Positions 40,308-49,197 of a DNA stretch of 64,000 nucleotides are shown piece by piece. A program made the translations under genes and the position numbers. This stretch comes from an uncultured virus (IMG/VR IMGVR_UViG_3300020191_000954). Its lineage: Duplodnaviria; Heunggongvirae; Uroviricota; Caudoviricetes. The stretch lies in the IMG/VR virus record IMGVR_UViG_3300020191_000954; one strand, given 5' to 3'. The notes below the pieces were generated by a model. That model was not told where the DNA came from. It ran no database searches and saw only the letters and a list, made by a program, of their open reading frames with translations. Numbering within the stretch: the stretch's first letter is position 1; every line of letters begins with the position of its first letter.

Positions 40308-40845
40308 TTATTCAGATGGTGTAGTTAAAGATGATGTAGTATACTTTACTGGTTATGAAGTAGAAAAAACACCAGCATTTGAAATGGATACACTATTTGT
40401 CGTAGGATGTCCTCCATTAGATGAAGTTCTCGAACAAGCACACAAGCATCACGTTGATCATATCTATCTTGGTGCTAATCAAAGTTTTCAAATAAAATTA
40501 CCACACGGTGACGATGCTACTAACAAGGCATGGGATACACTTGTACATGGTTTGCTTAAAGAAGGTTATATGGTTACATTAGACTATGATGTAAAATATC
40601 ATGAGTATATTATAGAAGCAGGGTACAACGAAGATAATAAATTTATTAGCCAAATTAGTGTTAAACTTCCTTACATTGATCTACTAAACTATAATGCTTG
40701 TATTAAAATTGATGACAAAGACTTTAAGGCATCTAATGCTGGAGTTTGGATTCATCAAGTACATGACTTACAAGACCGTTCAAAATTTACAGATTGGTCC
40801 AAATATGAAAACGATAATCCGGTTGACAATGAGGACGAAAGATAG
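40297..40845 (+). CDS. Hypothetical protein in the deazaguanine cluster
   Basis: Long ORF with alpha/beta pattern; no motif recognised. Confidence 0.7.
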   Translation: MKRDYSDGVVKDDVVYFTGYEVEKTPAFEMDTLFVVGCPPLDEVLEQAHKHHVDHIYLGANQSFQIKLPHGDDATNKAWDTLVHGLLKEGYMVTLDYDVKYHEYIIEAGYNEDNKFISQISVKLPYIDLLNYNACIKIDDKDFKASNAGVWIHQVHDLQDRSKFTDWSKYENDNPVDNEDER

Positions 40846-40851
40846 TATACT
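40823..40851 (+). promoter_or_regulatory. Sigma70 promoter
   Basis: TTGACA-17 nt-TATACT; implies the next gene starts at a downstream ATG (40891 or 40918). Confidence 0.65.
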
Positions 40852-41310
40852 ATGAGTACAAATAACAACTACGAATCACATCATGATTATATGATGAGAA
40901 GGACTAAAGAAGAAAACATGAAAGATCTTATGAACAACGCAAAAAGAATGATTTGGGTTACTTTTACTAAAGAAGGTATCCATAAGTATCCTGCGGCACT
41001 AGATGATCCTAGTCTTGCAACAGGTGACGAATATGATGTTTCGTTTTTGGGATATCCCCACAGACACATATTCCATTTTAAGGTCGCTATCACTGTAACA
41101 CACAACGACAGAGATATCGAATTTATTCAATTTAAACGATGGTTAATGAAACTATATGAAGGTGAACTAAATGTAGATTATAAAAGTTGTGAGATGATGG
41201 CAGACGATCTGTACCAAAAGATCAATGCTAAATACCCCGGTCGTGAGATTCATATTGACATTAGTGAAGATGGAGAAAACGGCGCACATATTGAGTATGC
41301 AAAAAGCTAA
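40852..41310 (+). CDS. QueD-paralogue T-fold enzyme, DpdL-like (candidate CDG decarboxylase)
   Basis: LGYPHRHIF (LxxxHRHxF) replaces the QueD CxxxHGH motif; DIEFIQFK, SCE and SEDGEN also present. Confidence 0.65.
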   Translation: MSTNNNYESHHDYMMRRTKEENMKDLMNNAKRMIWVTFTKEGIHKYPAALDDPSLATGDEYDVSFLGYPHRHIFHFKVAITVTHNDRDIEFIQFKRWLMKLYEGELNVDYKSCEMMADDLYQKINAKYPGREIHIDISEDGENGAHIEYAKS

Positions 41311-41322
41311 AGGAGTAAAGCA

Positions 41323-41541
41323 ATGTCGTACTGGGAAGAAAAGCCTGAGATTATCAAAATTTTTGATGACTTGGATAAGTTCCGTGTTTTTTGTCGTAAC
41401 TACGGTTTTAAGTTCGATGAAAAAGATTTGTACAACAAGAATAGCCGAGCATGGCAATTCTATTTAGATCCTTCCAAATTGAGGAAGAATCGTGATAATA
41501 AGAATAAGGGTAAGTTTACCCGGAATAGGAAACCTAACTAA
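41323..41541 (+). CDS. Small basic hypothetical protein
   Basis: AAGGAG RBS. Confidence 0.65.
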   Translation: MSYWEEKPEIIKIFDDLDKFRVFCRNYGFKFDEKDLYNKNSRAWQFYLDPSKLRKNRDNKNKGKFTRNRKPN

Positions 41542-42587
41542 TGACAACGTACATTGTAGACATTGAAGCAGTAGATACCCGTTATACTAAGCAATGGAAA
41601 GAATATCTTCCAAAGCAACTTCAACGTGCTACAAATATGGACGTAAAGATTATTAGTGGAGGGGAAACGCCTCAGGCTACAACGCCTGGGGCTTTTCTCA
41701 ACTTTGGTGGTACTAACGTTTACAAAAGTAAACAACTAGAACAAATAGGAGAAATGTTCTGTGCAGGAACTATTAAGGACGGTGATTATTTTCTTTATAC
41801 CGATGCCTGGAACCCTACAGTTATACAACTACGCTACATGGCAGAACTATTGGGTGTTGACATTCGCATTGGTGGTATGTGGCATGCTGGTAGCTATGAT
41901 CCACATGACTTCTTGGGTAGACTAATAGGCGACAAACCTTGGGTAAGACATGCAGAACGTTCTATGTATGAATGTTATGATGATAACTATTTTGCTACAC
42001 AATTCCATATTGATCTATTTGCAAAAAGTTTACGTATGGATCCAAACAAGAATCACAGAGTTGGTTGGCCTATGGAGTATTTGCGTAACAGTTTAGACAG
42101 TTACAAAGGTATGCAGAAGCGAGACTTGGTCTTGTTCCCACATCGTGTAGCACCGGAGAAGCAAGTAGACATATTCCGTGACTTAGCGGAGCAACTTCCT
42201 GAATACGAATTTGTAGTATGTCAAGAACAAACATTAAGTAAAAACGAATATCATAACTTGCTAGGTGAAGCAAAAGTAGTGTTTAGTGCTAACCTACAAG
42301 AAACACTTGGCATTAGTTGGTATGAAGGTGCATTAGTAAATGCACTTCCTATGGTGCCTGATAGACTAAGCTATAGTGAAATGGCTATTGATAAATTTAA
42401 ATATCCTAGTGCGTGGACTGAATCTTTTGAAAGCTACAAAGCTAATAAAGATAAAATAGTTGCACAGTTAGTTGACTATGTAGAAAATTATGAATCTTAT
42501 TTGCCTGCACTATTAAAACAAACAGATCTATTAAAGAAAGAGTTCTTTGATGGTCGAGCTTTATATAAAGGAATTAGTAATGGATGA
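41541..42587 (+). CDS. GT-B fold glycosyltransferase
   Basis: FPHRVAPEKQ and QETLGISWYEG (ExFGxxxxE-like) motifs. Confidence 0.75.
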   Translation: MTTYIVDIEAVDTRYTKQWKEYLPKQLQRATNMDVKIISGGETPQATTPGAFLNFGGTNVYKSKQLEQIGEMFCAGTIKDGDYFLYTDAWNPTVIQLRYMAELLGVDIRIGGMWHAGSYDPHDFLGRLIGDKPWVRHAERSMYECYDDNYFATQFHIDLFAKSLRMDPNKNHRVGWPMEYLRNSLDSYKGMQKRDLVLFPHRVAPEKQVDIFRDLAEQLPEYEFVVCQEQTLSKNEYHNLLGEAKVVFSANLQETLGISWYEGALVNALPMVPDRLSYSEMAIDKFKYPSAWTESFESYKANKDKIVAQLVDYVENYESYLPALLKQTDLLKKEFFDGRALYKGISNG

Positions 42588-42960
42588 TAAAGACAAAGAT
42601 GACTATTCAATTACTATTGGTACTGACGATCAGTGCAGTACAAGTACAATTACTATTGGTAGTGCATCAGATAATGGGCTTATCCTTGATAACACAATGA
42701 GTGACGTTACATATTCATTTGATGACTCATTTCAGTCAGGTGCAACAGTAGGCGGAATTACTAGTATTGATATTAATAGTACACTTTTTTCTGACGTTGG
42801 CCTAAATACATTAGACGAAGATGAAATAACAGAAATGTGTAAAGAGTATCCAGCACTAAAAATAGTTTGGCATAATTTTAAAACTATGTATGATTTAGTT
42901 AAGCAAGATTACAAAGGTAAAAAAGAAGCAGGTGAATTTGATGATGACATTCCTTTCTAA
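42580..42960 (+). CDS. Acidic hypothetical protein
   Basis: ATG 42580 overlaps the glycosyltransferase end; ends in DDDIPF. Confidence 0.6.
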   Translation: MDDKDKDDYSITIGTDDQCSTSTITIGSASDNGLILDNTMSDVTYSFDDSFQSGATVGGITSIDINSTLFSDVGLNTLDEDEITEMCKEYPALKIVWHNFKTMYDLVKQDYKGKKEAGEFDDDIPF

Positions 42961-43378
42961 GATTATGGACAAACTTGGAAGACGTCGAGTAATTACAGAC
43001 AGAGACGGAAAGGTACCTTACCTTATCCGTTATTATCTATTTTTAAAAGAACGTAAAAACTTTCCGTTTAATATTACACTACACAAAGTTCTTGTAAGCG
43101 ATGAACCTACACTACATGATCATCCATGGAGTTGGGGTGCTATTATTTTAAGTGGTGGCTATTGGGAACATACACCTGAAGGTAAGTTTTGGCGTGGGCC
43201 AGGACATATTAGATTTAGAAGTGCAAAAGATTTGCATTGGTTAGAACTTGCTAAAGACAAGAACAACAATAACATTCCATGTTGGAGTTTGTTCTTTATG
43301 GGTAAAAAAGCACAAAGCTGGGGCTTTGTCAAAGATGGCAAGTGGATTGATAATAGGGATTATTTGAAAGATGCATAA
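42941..43378 (+). CDS. Cupin-fold protein
   Basis: LHDHPW...ILSGGYWE...LHWLE motif. Confidence 0.7.
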   Translation: MMTFLSKIMDKLGRRRVITDRDGKVPYLIRYYLFLKERKNFPFNITLHKVLVSDEPTLHDHPWSWGAIILSGGYWEHTPEGKFWRGPGHIRFRSAKDLHWLELAKDKNNNNIPCWSLFFMGKKAQSWGFVKDGKWIDNRDYLKDA

Positions 43379-44006
43379 GCCTAAAATTACAGAATACTTA
43401 GATGGTGATATTAAAATATATGATGAAGTATTTGGACCACCTGAACTAAATGAACTAGTAACAGAAGTCGCTAGTTGGAATTATTTCTACGGTGAAGTTG
43501 ACGATGTTGATTTGCCTCCAACAGGAATGAGTACCGGAGATTACTTAGGTACTAAAACATTTAACAGTCTTTGGACATTCTTAGAAGAACATGTACCGCA
43601 TGTACATGGATCAGTATTAAAAAGATCACATGCAAACATCTTTGCACCACGTGAATTAGCAAACTATCACATTGATGACGAAGGTGATAATGCATGGACA
43701 TTTATGTTCTATGCAAACAATAGCTGGGATATTAATCAAGGTGGTGAAACAAAGTTTATTACTAACCTTAAACACGAAGGTACTATTGAAGGTCAATCAT
43801 ATCCTGAAATTATTGCTATCCCTCCTATTCCAGGACGTATGATTATTTTCAAAAGTAATATATTACATACTGCTACTCCTTTCAAAGACTTTCACAGATT
43901 TACACCTACTATCAAATTTGTACCCTTTGATCCTGAAATACACACACAAGGACCATTAAGGTTAGCAATGAAAGAAACATACCCTTGGAGAAACAAAAAT
44001 GATTAA
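43371..44006 (+). CDS. 2OG-Fe(II) oxygenase (prolyl-hydroxylase-like)
   Basis: HID, WDINQGGET, GRMIIF...LHTA...R motifs. Confidence 0.8.
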   Translation: MHKPKITEYLDGDIKIYDEVFGPPELNELVTEVASWNYFYGEVDDVDLPPTGMSTGDYLGTKTFNSLWTFLEEHVPHVHGSVLKRSHANIFAPRELANYHIDDEGDNAWTFMFYANNSWDINQGGETKFITNLKHEGTIEGQSYPEIIAIPPIPGRMIIFKSNILHTATPFKDFHRFTPTIKFVPFDPEIHTQGPLRLAMKETYPWRNKND

Positions 44007-44547
44007 GAAACATTACTATAGTTGGACTGACGTAGAAAACATGTGCGTTAATATTGTAAATCAAATGTATAAGGACCATTGGCGTCCTGATTATATTGTA
44101 GGTATTACACGTGGAGGTAATGTACCTGCTACTATTATTTCAAACATGACAGGCATTCGTTGCGAAGCAATTAAAGTAGCATTGCGTGATGGTGAAAGTC
44201 ATCAAGAAAGTAACTTTTGGATGGCTGAAGATGCATATGGTTATGTAAGTGATGATGCATTAAAAGTTACAGGTGGTCCATTAGAAAAGAAAATTCTTAT
44301 TGTAGATGATATCAACGATACTGGTGCTACATTTAACTGGATTAAACAAGACTGGCAAGCAAGTTGTTTACCTAACGATCCTAAATGGGAACGTGTTTGG
44401 GGTAACAATGTTCGCTTTGCTACACTCACTGAAAACCTAGCAAGTACTTTTCATGACGTAAATTACACTTGCCACGAAATTAATAAAGAAGAAAATGATG
44501 TATGGTTAGTATATCCTTGGGAGAATGTAGGCGAATATGACAGCTGA
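43999..44547 (+). CDS. Type I phosphoribosyltransferase (Gpt/XGPRT-like)
   Basis: GITRGG, ILIVDDINDTGAT (PRPP loop) and WLVYPWE motifs. Confidence 0.85.
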   Translation: MIKKHYYSWTDVENMCVNIVNQMYKDHWRPDYIVGITRGGNVPATIISNMTGIRCEAIKVALRDGESHQESNFWMAEDAYGYVSDDALKVTGGPLEKKILIVDDINDTGATFNWIKQDWQASCLPNDPKWERVWGNNVRFATLTENLASTFHDVNYTCHEINKEENDVWLVYPWENVGEYDS

Positions 44548-45250
44548 TATAGGGTGGTGTTGGGCAGGTGCTATTCCTGATCTATTAGTTATAGAACCTG
44601 AAAGATTTAAAACGCCAAAAGTAGTTAACAAAGATTACAACAAGCGTGGTGTTATTGATTGTCCTTCATATCAAGGATTTTATAACAACTTGTTTCTATT
44701 AAAGTCTCCTGTGTCGTTTGATGCAGAAGTTAAAGACGGAATAGTAGTTGTTACATCTAACGAAATTGATGACCATCAATTACATAACTTGTTTACTATA
44801 CACCCTAAAGAAGATATGCACGATGTTAAAAAACCATTATTTCAATTTAATTTAAATTATTTGTTTGTTGCAGACGAGCCTTGCTTAATGGAAATACTTC
44901 CGCCATTTATGCATAACGAAAACTTTCCTGGAGAAGTTGTTGGTGGATCTTTTAATATACACAAGTGGATAAGGACTACTAGTTGGGGGTTTATCTTTGA
45001 TAATACGCGATCTAAGCTGTCTATTAAGCGTGGTGACCCGTTGTGCTACATTAAGTTTACAACAACTAACTTGACAAATAAGGTCGGTTTAGAAGAGTGT
45101 TTACTTACAGATGAACTGATTAAAGAATTAGAACGTAAAAGATATTTGACAAACTTTAAGAAAGGTGGTATAATTAATTTAATGACTAGAGCCTTAAAAC
45201 TAAGACCTAAGAAGTTAATTAAACGTGATCCGAAATGGAGTATAAAATGA
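44537..45250 (+). CDS. Hypothetical protein (probable paralogue of 13602-14354)
   Basis: CP...NLFLLKSP and IKRGDPLCYI. Confidence 0.6.
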   Translation: MTADIGWCWAGAIPDLLVIEPERFKTPKVVNKDYNKRGVIDCPSYQGFYNNLFLLKSPVSFDAEVKDGIVVVTSNEIDDHQLHNLFTIHPKEDMHDVKKPLFQFNLNYLFVADEPCLMEILPPFMHNENFPGEVVGGSFNIHKWIRTTSWGFIFDNTRSKLSIKRGDPLCYIKFTTTNLTNKVGLEECLLTDELIKELERKRYLTNFKKGGIINLMTRALKLRPKKLIKRDPKWSIK

Positions 45251-45627
45251 AAGTTGATAATTTAGAACAAGCTCAAGCAGATGGTAGAGCACCTTGGAAC
45301 GATGTACAGATTAGTACAAGAGACTTTGTTGTATACAATGACAAGTATCCTGTTACAGAAGGACACACACTAATTGTACCACGTGAAAACACACATGAAG
45401 CTATTATGAAATGTTTTAATTATGGTGTTACTATGGGCTACGAAAATGTTGTAAGTAAAAACAATAATATTACAGGTTACAACATGGGTATTAATATAGG
45501 CAAGAGTGCAGGACAAACTTGTATGTATCCACATGTACATTTAATTTTTAGACGTGACGGGGATATGGACGATCCAAAAGGTGGTGTTCGTGGTGTTCTT
45601 CCTACAAAACAAAGTTACGAGTCATGA
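45247..45627 (+). CDS. HIT-family nucleotide hydrolase
   Basis: DKYPVTEGHTLIVP and AGQTCMYPHVHLI motifs. Confidence 0.85.
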   Translation: MKVDNLEQAQADGRAPWNDVQISTRDFVVYNDKYPVTEGHTLIVPRENTHEAIMKCFNYGVTMGYENVVSKNNNITGYNMGINIGKSAGQTCMYPHVHLIFRRDGDMDDPKGGVRGVLPTKQSYES

Positions 45628-46472
45628 GAATTGCCGCTATAGGTTGTAGTCATACAAGTGGATATCACGTTGGTGATATGCCTGAAGCAAAAGAAGACAT
45701 GACACAAGAACACTGGCCTTATAGTGGTAAGTGGAATGATAACAACTGGGCCGAACATTATATTAATAGTAAAGATGCTGACGGCGTTATATTTGCTAAT
45801 CCACAAAACGGTTGGTGGACTTATTCAGAATGGTTAAGTCATTTGTTTAAAACATATGACGACATTGAAGAAGTTGTTGTGCAAATGACCTACTGGAATC
45901 GTTTTAGATTAAGTATTCAATTTCCTACACACTATGAAAACATTGTACCGCTAGATGCAACCTATGTTAAAGAACTTACAAAAGGACGCATCGACTGTTG
46001 GTATCCTGCTAATCAAACATCTGACGGTAGTGTTAATGACATACCAATGCAAGTTTGGCCAATGGACTTTCAAAAGGAAGTACCCTTTAAATCAGTATAC
46101 GACCCAGACTTTAAATTAGCAAAGCCTGATCTAAGAAATGAACCATACATGACTGTAAAAACATGGATGGAAGTTATGAGCCTTAAAGCACAACGTGAGT
46201 GGTTTAAGGAGATATATATTATACAAGAATTGTGCCGTAACAACGGTGCTAAAGTAAAACTGTTTGGAATAAACAGTTGGACATGGATACCAAAAGAAAT
46301 GAACAAAGAATTTTTTGATTTCAATTATATCCAAGTAGCAAAGACGACCGTTGAAGATTGGTTTCTTCAACAAAAAGATATCAACGTAGGCAACTATACT
46401 GTAGACGGAGAGCATTTTGATGAAATGATTCATAAAATGATTGCTACAGAGTATTTGCCGTCACAATTTTAG
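45624..46472 (+). CDS. SGNH/GDSL-like protein
   Basis: N-terminal GCSHT and C-terminal DGEH. Confidence 0.5.
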   Translation: MRIAAIGCSHTSGYHVGDMPEAKEDMTQEHWPYSGKWNDNNWAEHYINSKDADGVIFANPQNGWWTYSEWLSHLFKTYDDIEEVVVQMTYWNRFRLSIQFPTHYENIVPLDATYVKELTKGRIDCWYPANQTSDGSVNDIPMQVWPMDFQKEVPFKSVYDPDFKLAKPDLRNEPYMTVKTWMEVMSLKAQREWFKEIYIIQELCRNNGAKVKLFGINSWTWIPKEMNKEFFDFNYIQVAKTTVEDWFLQQKDINVGNYTVDGEHFDEMIHKMIATEYLPSQF

Positions 46473-46483
46473 AAAGGAACTTT

Positions 46484-46690
46484 ATGTTGAAACAGCAAAT
46501 GATACAAGCGGCAAGGAAACACGCAGAAGCGGAGATTGAATTGCATAAGACTAACATCGAAGTATATATGCAGAATGTTGTAGGTATTGGTGAGCATTCA
46601 GATATTATCGAAACAATTCAAAAAGAGTTAGATAAAATGGCCACTGCTAATGACAGACTTGAAATGTTAGACAAACATTTTGGTGCTTAA
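46484..46690 (+). CDS. Small conserved-type phage protein
   Basis: VGIGEHSDIIE motif. Confidence 0.65.
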   Translation: MLKQQMIQAARKHAEAEIELHKTNIEVYMQNVVGIGEHSDIIETIQKELDKMATANDRLEMLDKHFGA

Positions 46691-46695
46691 AGTCA

Positions 46696-46724
46696 TTGAC
46701 AAAAACCTAAATAAAGTATATAAT
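46696..46724 (+). promoter_or_regulatory. Consensus sigma70 promoter for folE-queE
   Basis: TTGACA-17 nt-TATAAT. Confidence 0.8.
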
Positions 46725-46736
46725 AATACTAACTTT

Positions 46737-46762
46737 GGCAATCCACTGCCTTAACATCGGAG
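46737..46762 (+). promoter_or_regulatory. Candidate mini-pseudoknot/riboswitch-like leader of folE
   Basis: GGCA-ATCCAC-TGCC stem-loop, TTAACATC linker; loop TCC is complementary to SD GGA. Confidence 0.35.
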
Positions 46763-46768
46763 AAACAA

Positions 46769-47452
46769 ATGAGTAAAAGTGAACAAATTAAAGCTCGCCT
46801 AGAAGAACAAGGCATACGTTACTGGGCGGGTGATAATATTAGTTTAGTCCTACAGAAGGGCGACAAAGAAGAACTGATTGAAGAACTTACACCTAAGTTT
46901 GAATCAGTATTAGATAGTTTATTAATTGATAGAGCAAATGATCCTAACAGTATGGACACTGGTAGACGTCTTGCTAAAATGTATATTAATGAACTAATGG
47001 CAGGACGTTATGATCCTATGCCTAATGCAACTGCATTTCCTAATCATGTAGATGATGGTTATCAAGGTATGTTAGTTGTACGTTCAGAACTTAAAAGTGT
47101 GTGTTCACATCATCATCAACCAGTAACAGGTATTGCATACATTGGTATTATTGCCGCTGAAACACTAATTGGTTTAAGCAAATACACACGTATTGCACAA
47201 TGGTGTGCTAGACGTGGTACACTACAAGAAGAACTTTGTAATGATATCGCACGTGAGATTATGAAAGCAACTGGTTCAAAGAACGTAGGTGTTTATATTC
47301 AGGCAACACATGGGTGTTGTGAGAATAGAGGCATTATGGCAACTAGCAGTTTAACACAGACAACTGTGCTTAAAGGTGCTTTTAATGAAGATGCGGGTAC
47401 TAAAAAAGAATTTATGGACAATATTAAATTACAACAGGAGTTTTCAAAATGA
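46769..47452 (+). CDS. folE: GTP cyclohydrolase I
   Basis: SVCSHHHQP, IGLSKYTR, LQEEL and HGCCENRG motifs. Confidence 0.95.
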   Translation: MSKSEQIKARLEEQGIRYWAGDNISLVLQKGDKEELIEELTPKFESVLDSLLIDRANDPNSMDTGRRLAKMYINELMAGRYDPMPNATAFPNHVDDGYQGMLVVRSELKSVCSHHHQPVTGIAYIGIIAAETLIGLSKYTRIAQWCARRGTLQEELCNDIAREIMKATGSKNVGVYIQATHGCCENRGIMATSSLTQTTVLKGAFNEDAGTKKEFMDNIKLQQEFSK

Positions 47453-47637
47453 GTGACGGACCATTAAAATCAGCAGTTGACAGCCTGGGCGATATGTCAG
47501 GAGTTGTTAAGCAAGAGTTTATTACGTATCGTGTTAAAGACGGTATGCTACGCAAAGAAACAACGGTACGTAGGTTCTTTGGTGATGACTATAATGATAG
47601 TACGACTACTGAGCCTTTGCTTAAGGTGGTGTCATAA
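47449..47637 (+). CDS. Small hypothetical protein
   Basis: ATGA-coupled, AGGAG RBS. Confidence 0.55.
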   Translation: MSDGPLKSAVDSLGDMSGVVKQEFITYRVKDGMLRKETTVRRFFGDDYNDSTTTEPLLKVVS

Positions 47638-47825
47638 TGCCTATTCCAGAAAGAGTATTTGTACCACAACCTAGAGATCCTAATAAAAAACATTTTTATA
47701 TTAGTATTATAAAAAGCACATTACGTATTGGTGCTTGTGCTATAGCATTGTATACTGGTAGTATTGTTTGGCTTGCAAGTGGATTTCTTATTGCTGAATT
47801 ACTAGGTATTGCGGAGGAATTATAA
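47637..47825 (+). CDS. Small membrane protein
   Basis: TAATG-coupled; hydrophobic C-terminus AELLGIAEEL. Confidence 0.6.
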   Translation: MPIPERVFVPQPRDPNKKHFYISIIKSTLRIGACAIALYTGSIVWLASGFLIAELLGIAEEL

Positions 47826-48724
47826 TGCCAGCTCAACTTAGATACTCAGAAGCATTTTATAGTGTACAAGGTGAAGGACAATATGTAGGAGTACCTAGTG
47901 TGTTCTTACGTACATTTGGTTGTAATTTTCGTTGTATGAACTTTGGTACAGATGAGAAACGTGATCGTTGGGAACAACACAAAGACGGCAAAAAACACAA
48001 TGCAGAAGTTAAAGCATTGATTGATGCTGGTGTACACGAAACTACAAAAGAATTTAATGACTTGCCTATTATACACACAGGTTGTGATACATACGCAAGT
48101 ATCTACCCTGAGTTTAAACACTTTAATAAACTAGCAGGTGTTGATGCTGTTGTTGAACATTTACTTTCACTTACTCCAAATGGTAAGTGGGTACAGGACA
48201 ATGGACAAGATGTCCATTTAATATTAACCGGAGGCGAGCCATTACTTGCATGGCAACGATTATATATTGAATTATTCGAGCATCCACGTATGCAGGACTT
48301 AAAAAATGTTACATTTGAAACAAACACTACGCAAACTTTACACGAAGATTTCTTTGACTATCTCAACAATCAAGACAGGATTAAAGTTACATGGTCTTGT
48401 TCCCCAAAACTTAGTGTTAGTGGAGAACCTTGGGATACTGCTATTAAGCCTGATGTGGCTAGTCAGTATAGTACTATTACTAATTGCGACATCTATCTTA
48501 AGTTTGTTGTCGCTACTCAAGGCGACTTTGAAGAAGTTGAAAGAGCTGTGGAGGCTTACAGAAGTGCCGGGGTACAATGTCCAGTATATCTTATGCCTTT
48601 GGGTGGACGCAGTGAAGAATATTCCCTCAACGTTAAAGATGTTGCTGAAGCGTGTATGGCAAAAGGATGGCGATTCACTCCAAGACTACACATCAGCTTA
48701 TTCGGAAATGCCTGGGGAACTTGA
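47825..48724 (+). CDS. queE: 7-carboxy-7-deazaguanine synthase (radical SAM)
   Basis: FYSVQGEG, FLRTFGCNFRC...GCDT, LTGGEP, FETN, SPKL and RLHI motifs. Confidence 0.9.
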   Translation: MPAQLRYSEAFYSVQGEGQYVGVPSVFLRTFGCNFRCMNFGTDEKRDRWEQHKDGKKHNAEVKALIDAGVHETTKEFNDLPIIHTGCDTYASIYPEFKHFNKLAGVDAVVEHLLSLTPNGKWVQDNGQDVHLILTGGEPLLAWQRLYIELFEHPRMQDLKNVTFETNTTQTLHEDFFDYLNNQDRIKVTWSCSPKLSVSGEPWDTAIKPDVASQYSTITNCDIYLKFVVATQGDFEEVERAVEAYRSAGVQCPVYLMPLGGRSEEYSLNVKDVAEACMAKGWRFTPRLHISLFGNAWGT

Positions 48725-48819
48725 TGAAATGTTAAAGGTTAAGAAGCACAACGCAACAAAAGACACTAGACCTCTTGATGAACAGTTAAGAGAAAAAGGT
48801 CTACTATAAAGGAAAGACT

Positions 48820-49197
48820 ATGATTGAAAAACTAAAAACTATGTTTACAAAGTCTAAATCAAGTAGTGATGGTAATACTCCTCCTACAAGTAAAGAGGCT
48901 ATGGAACGTGAAAAAGCTGAGGCAACAAAAGCAGGTAAACCTTGGGTTGGTGTATTAGATACACAAGTTAATCCAAAAGATATTAAGAATGGTTTCTTTG
49001 AACTTGATTGGAATAACGAGTTTATTGAGCAGTTACTTGATGTTGGATATAAAGGTGAAACAAACGAAGAAATTATTGACGGTTGGTTTAAAGATGTTGC
49101 TAGAACAATTTTGACAGAACAAGGACATGATCCGCAAAGAGAAGCTGGCCATATTAAAATTGTTCCTAGAAAAGATGGCAAAAGTGAAGCATCCTAA
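48820..49197 (+). CDS. Hypothetical phage protein
   Basis: ORF with RBS; FFELDWN. Confidence 0.65.
   Translation: MIEKLKTMFTKSKSSSDGNTPPTSKEAMEREKAEATKAGKPWVGVLDTQVNPKDIKNGFFELDWNNEFIEQLLDVGYKGETNEEIIDGWFKDVARTILTEQGHDPQREAGHIKIVPRKDGKSEAS

Noticed and set aside
40852..41310. Calling this ORF canonical queD
   Set aside because: It lacks the CxxxHGH motif; treated as a QueD paralogue, and no canonical queD was recognised in the window
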